Source of the DNA: Heteronotia binoei | Taxonomy: Eukaryota | Assembly (NCBI RefSeq): GCF_032191835.1 | Contig: NC_083227.1 | Coordinates: 62,434,001-62,498,000 of the forward strand | Direction of reading: 5' to 3' | Length of the DNA: 64,000 nt | Part shown: piece after piece, positions 61,829 through 64,000 of the stretch | Numbering within the stretch: position 1 is the stretch's first letter | How the letters are laid out: every line of letters starts with the position of its first letter | Notes under the pieces: model-generated | Database searches by the model: none | What the model was told of the DNA's origin: nothing | The model's input: the letters and a program-made list of their open reading frames with translations, nothing else | Made by a program: the position numbers and the translations under genes

Positions 61829-64000
61829 CATAAGAACATAAGAGAAGCCATGTTAGATCAGGCCAATGGCCCATCCAGTCCATCATTCNNNNNNNNNNNN
61901 NNNNNNNNNNNNNNNNNNNNNNNNNNNNNNNNNNNNNNNNNNNNNNNNNNNNNNNNNNNNNNNNNNNNNNNNNNNNNNNNNNNNNNNNNNNNNNNNNNNN
62001 NNNNNNNNNNNNNNNNNNNNNNNNNNNACTGATGGACCTCTGCTCCATATTTTTATCTAACCCCCTCTTGAAGGTGGCCATGCTTGTGGCCGCCACCACC
62101 TCCTGTGGCAGTGAATTCCACATGTTAATCACCCTTTGGGTGAAGAAGTACTTCCTTTTAACCATTTTAACCTGTCTGCTCAGCAATTTCATCGAATGCC
62201 CACGAGTTCTTGTATTGTGAGAAAGGGAGAAAAGTACTTCTTTCTCTACTTTCTCCATCCCATGCATTAGCTTGTAAACCTCTATCTTGTCACCCCTCAG
62301 TCGACGTTTCTCCAAGCTAAAGAGCCCTAAGCGTTTCAACCTTTCTTCATAGGGAAGGTGTTCCAGCCCTTTAATCATTCTAGTTGCCCTTTTCTGGACT
62401 TTCTCCAATGCTATAATATCCTTTTTGAGGTGCGGCGACCAGAACTGCACACAGTACTCCAAATGAGACCACACCATCGATTTATACAGGGGCATTATGA
62501 TACTGGCTGATTTGTTTTCAATTCCCTTCCTAATAATTCCCAGCATGGCGTTGGCCTTTTTTATTGCAAACGCACACTGTCTTGACATTTTCAGTGAATT
62601 ATCTACCACGACCCCAAGATCTCTCTCATGGTCAGTCTCTGCCAGTTCACACCCCATCAACTTGTATTTGTAGCTGAGATTCTTGGCCCCAATGTGCATT
62701 ACTTTGCACTTGGCCACATTGAACCGCATCTGCCACGTTGACGCCCACTCACCCAGCCTCAACAGATCCCTTTGGACTTCCTCACAATCCTCTCTGGTTC
62801 TCACCACCCTGAACAATTTTGTGTCATCCGCAAATTTGGCCACTTCACTGCTCACTCCCAACTCTAAATCATTTATGAACAAGTTAAAGAGCATGGGACC
62901 CAGTACCGAGCCCTGCGGCACCCCACTGCTTACCATCCTCCACTGCGAAGACTGCCCATTTATACTCACTCTTTGCTTCCTATTACTCAGCCAGTTTTTG
63001 ATCCACAAGAGGACCTGTCCTTTTACTCCATGACTCTCGAGCTTTCTAAGGAGCCTTTGATGAGGAACTTTATCAAAAGTTTTCTGGAAGTCAAAGTAAA
63101 CAACATTTATCGGGTCTCCTTTGTTCACATGTTTGTTCACCCCCTCAAAGAAATGTAACAGGTTAGTGAGGCAAGATCTTCCCCTACAGAACCCATGCTG
63201 AGTCTTCCTCAATAACCCGTGTTCATCAATATGCCTACTCATTCTGTCCTTGATAATGGTTTCTACCAACTTTTCCGGTATTGAAGTCAGACTGACTGGC
63301 CTGTAATTTCCTGGATCTCCTCTGGAACCCTTTTTTAAAGATGGGGGTGACATTTACTACCTTCCAGTCCTCAGGAACAGAGGCAGATTTCAATGAAAGA
63401 TTACAGATTTTTGTTAGAAGATCCACAAGTTCAACTTTGAGTTCTTTCAGAACTCTCGGATGTATGCCATCCGGACCCGGTGACTTATTCGTTTTTAATT
63501 TGTCTATTAGTTGTAGGACCTCCTCTTTTGTCACCTCAATCTGACTCAGGTCTTTCAACACCCCTTCCAATATTAGTGGTTTTGGGGCGGGCAAACACTT
63601 CTCATCTTCCACGGTGAAGACAGAGGCAAAAAATGCATTCAGCTTCTCCGCCATTTCCCCATCCTCTTTCAGTAATCCTTTTACCCCATGGTCATTCAAG
63701 GGCCCAACTGCTTCCCTGGCTGGTTTCCTACTTCTAATATATTTGAAGAAATTTTTATTGTTGGTCTTTATGTTTTTTGCAATATGCTCCTCATAGTCCC
63801 TTTTTGCCTGCCTGATCACAGTCCTGCATTTGATTTGCCACTGCCTGTGTTCCCTTTTATTAATCTCACTTGGACTGGTTTTCCACCGCTTAAAGGAGTC
63901 CTTCTTACCTTTTACAGCTTCCATTACTTTGTTTGTTAACCATGCTGGCCTCTTCTTATACGTGTTTGTGCCTTTCCTAACTTGTGGTATGTATTTTATC
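61829..64000 (-). mobile_element. Relatively young CR1 LINE, ORF2 RT region, continuing beyond the window
   Basis: Long ORFs 63235-63924 and 61782-63353 are joined by one frameshift near 63335. Motifs KSPGPDGIHPRVLKEL, NYRPVSLTS, QHGF, GVPQGSVLGP and FADD; 3' end ttctcttatgttcttatg. Confidence 0.96.

Overview
Vertebrate genomic DNA, most likely a gecko-like squamate (inferred from Squam3-type SINEs, 5S-Sauria-type SINEs and squamate CR1/L2/RTE/DIRS/Penelope elements). The only host coding sequence I can identify is the first coding (signal-peptide) exon of contactin-3 (CNTN3) on the minus strand (exon 40923-41055, CDS 40923-40977, MMLLWKQMFLLSFVGCLG). The next CNTN3 exon was not found, so the window is essentially CNTN3 intron on both sides of that exon. 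The rest is transposon-rich. It holds a 5'-truncated DIRS tyrosine-recombinase retrotransposon with a perfect 54-bp terminal hairpin and a hAT MITE > CR1 > RTE nested stack in which the RTE lacks its RT core. There are also L2, CR1, L1 and Penelope remnants, many SINEs, several hAT MITEs with 8-bp TSDs (one resembling the MER1/Charlie3 family), a dead hammerhead remnant, and a local ~320-bp duplication inserted at a TA palindrome. Four short N gaps are present. Several strong minus-strand splice-site pairs are candidate alternative CNTN3 exons. I found no clear evidence of a wholly new biological system. All family assignments are from recalled motifs, not database searches.
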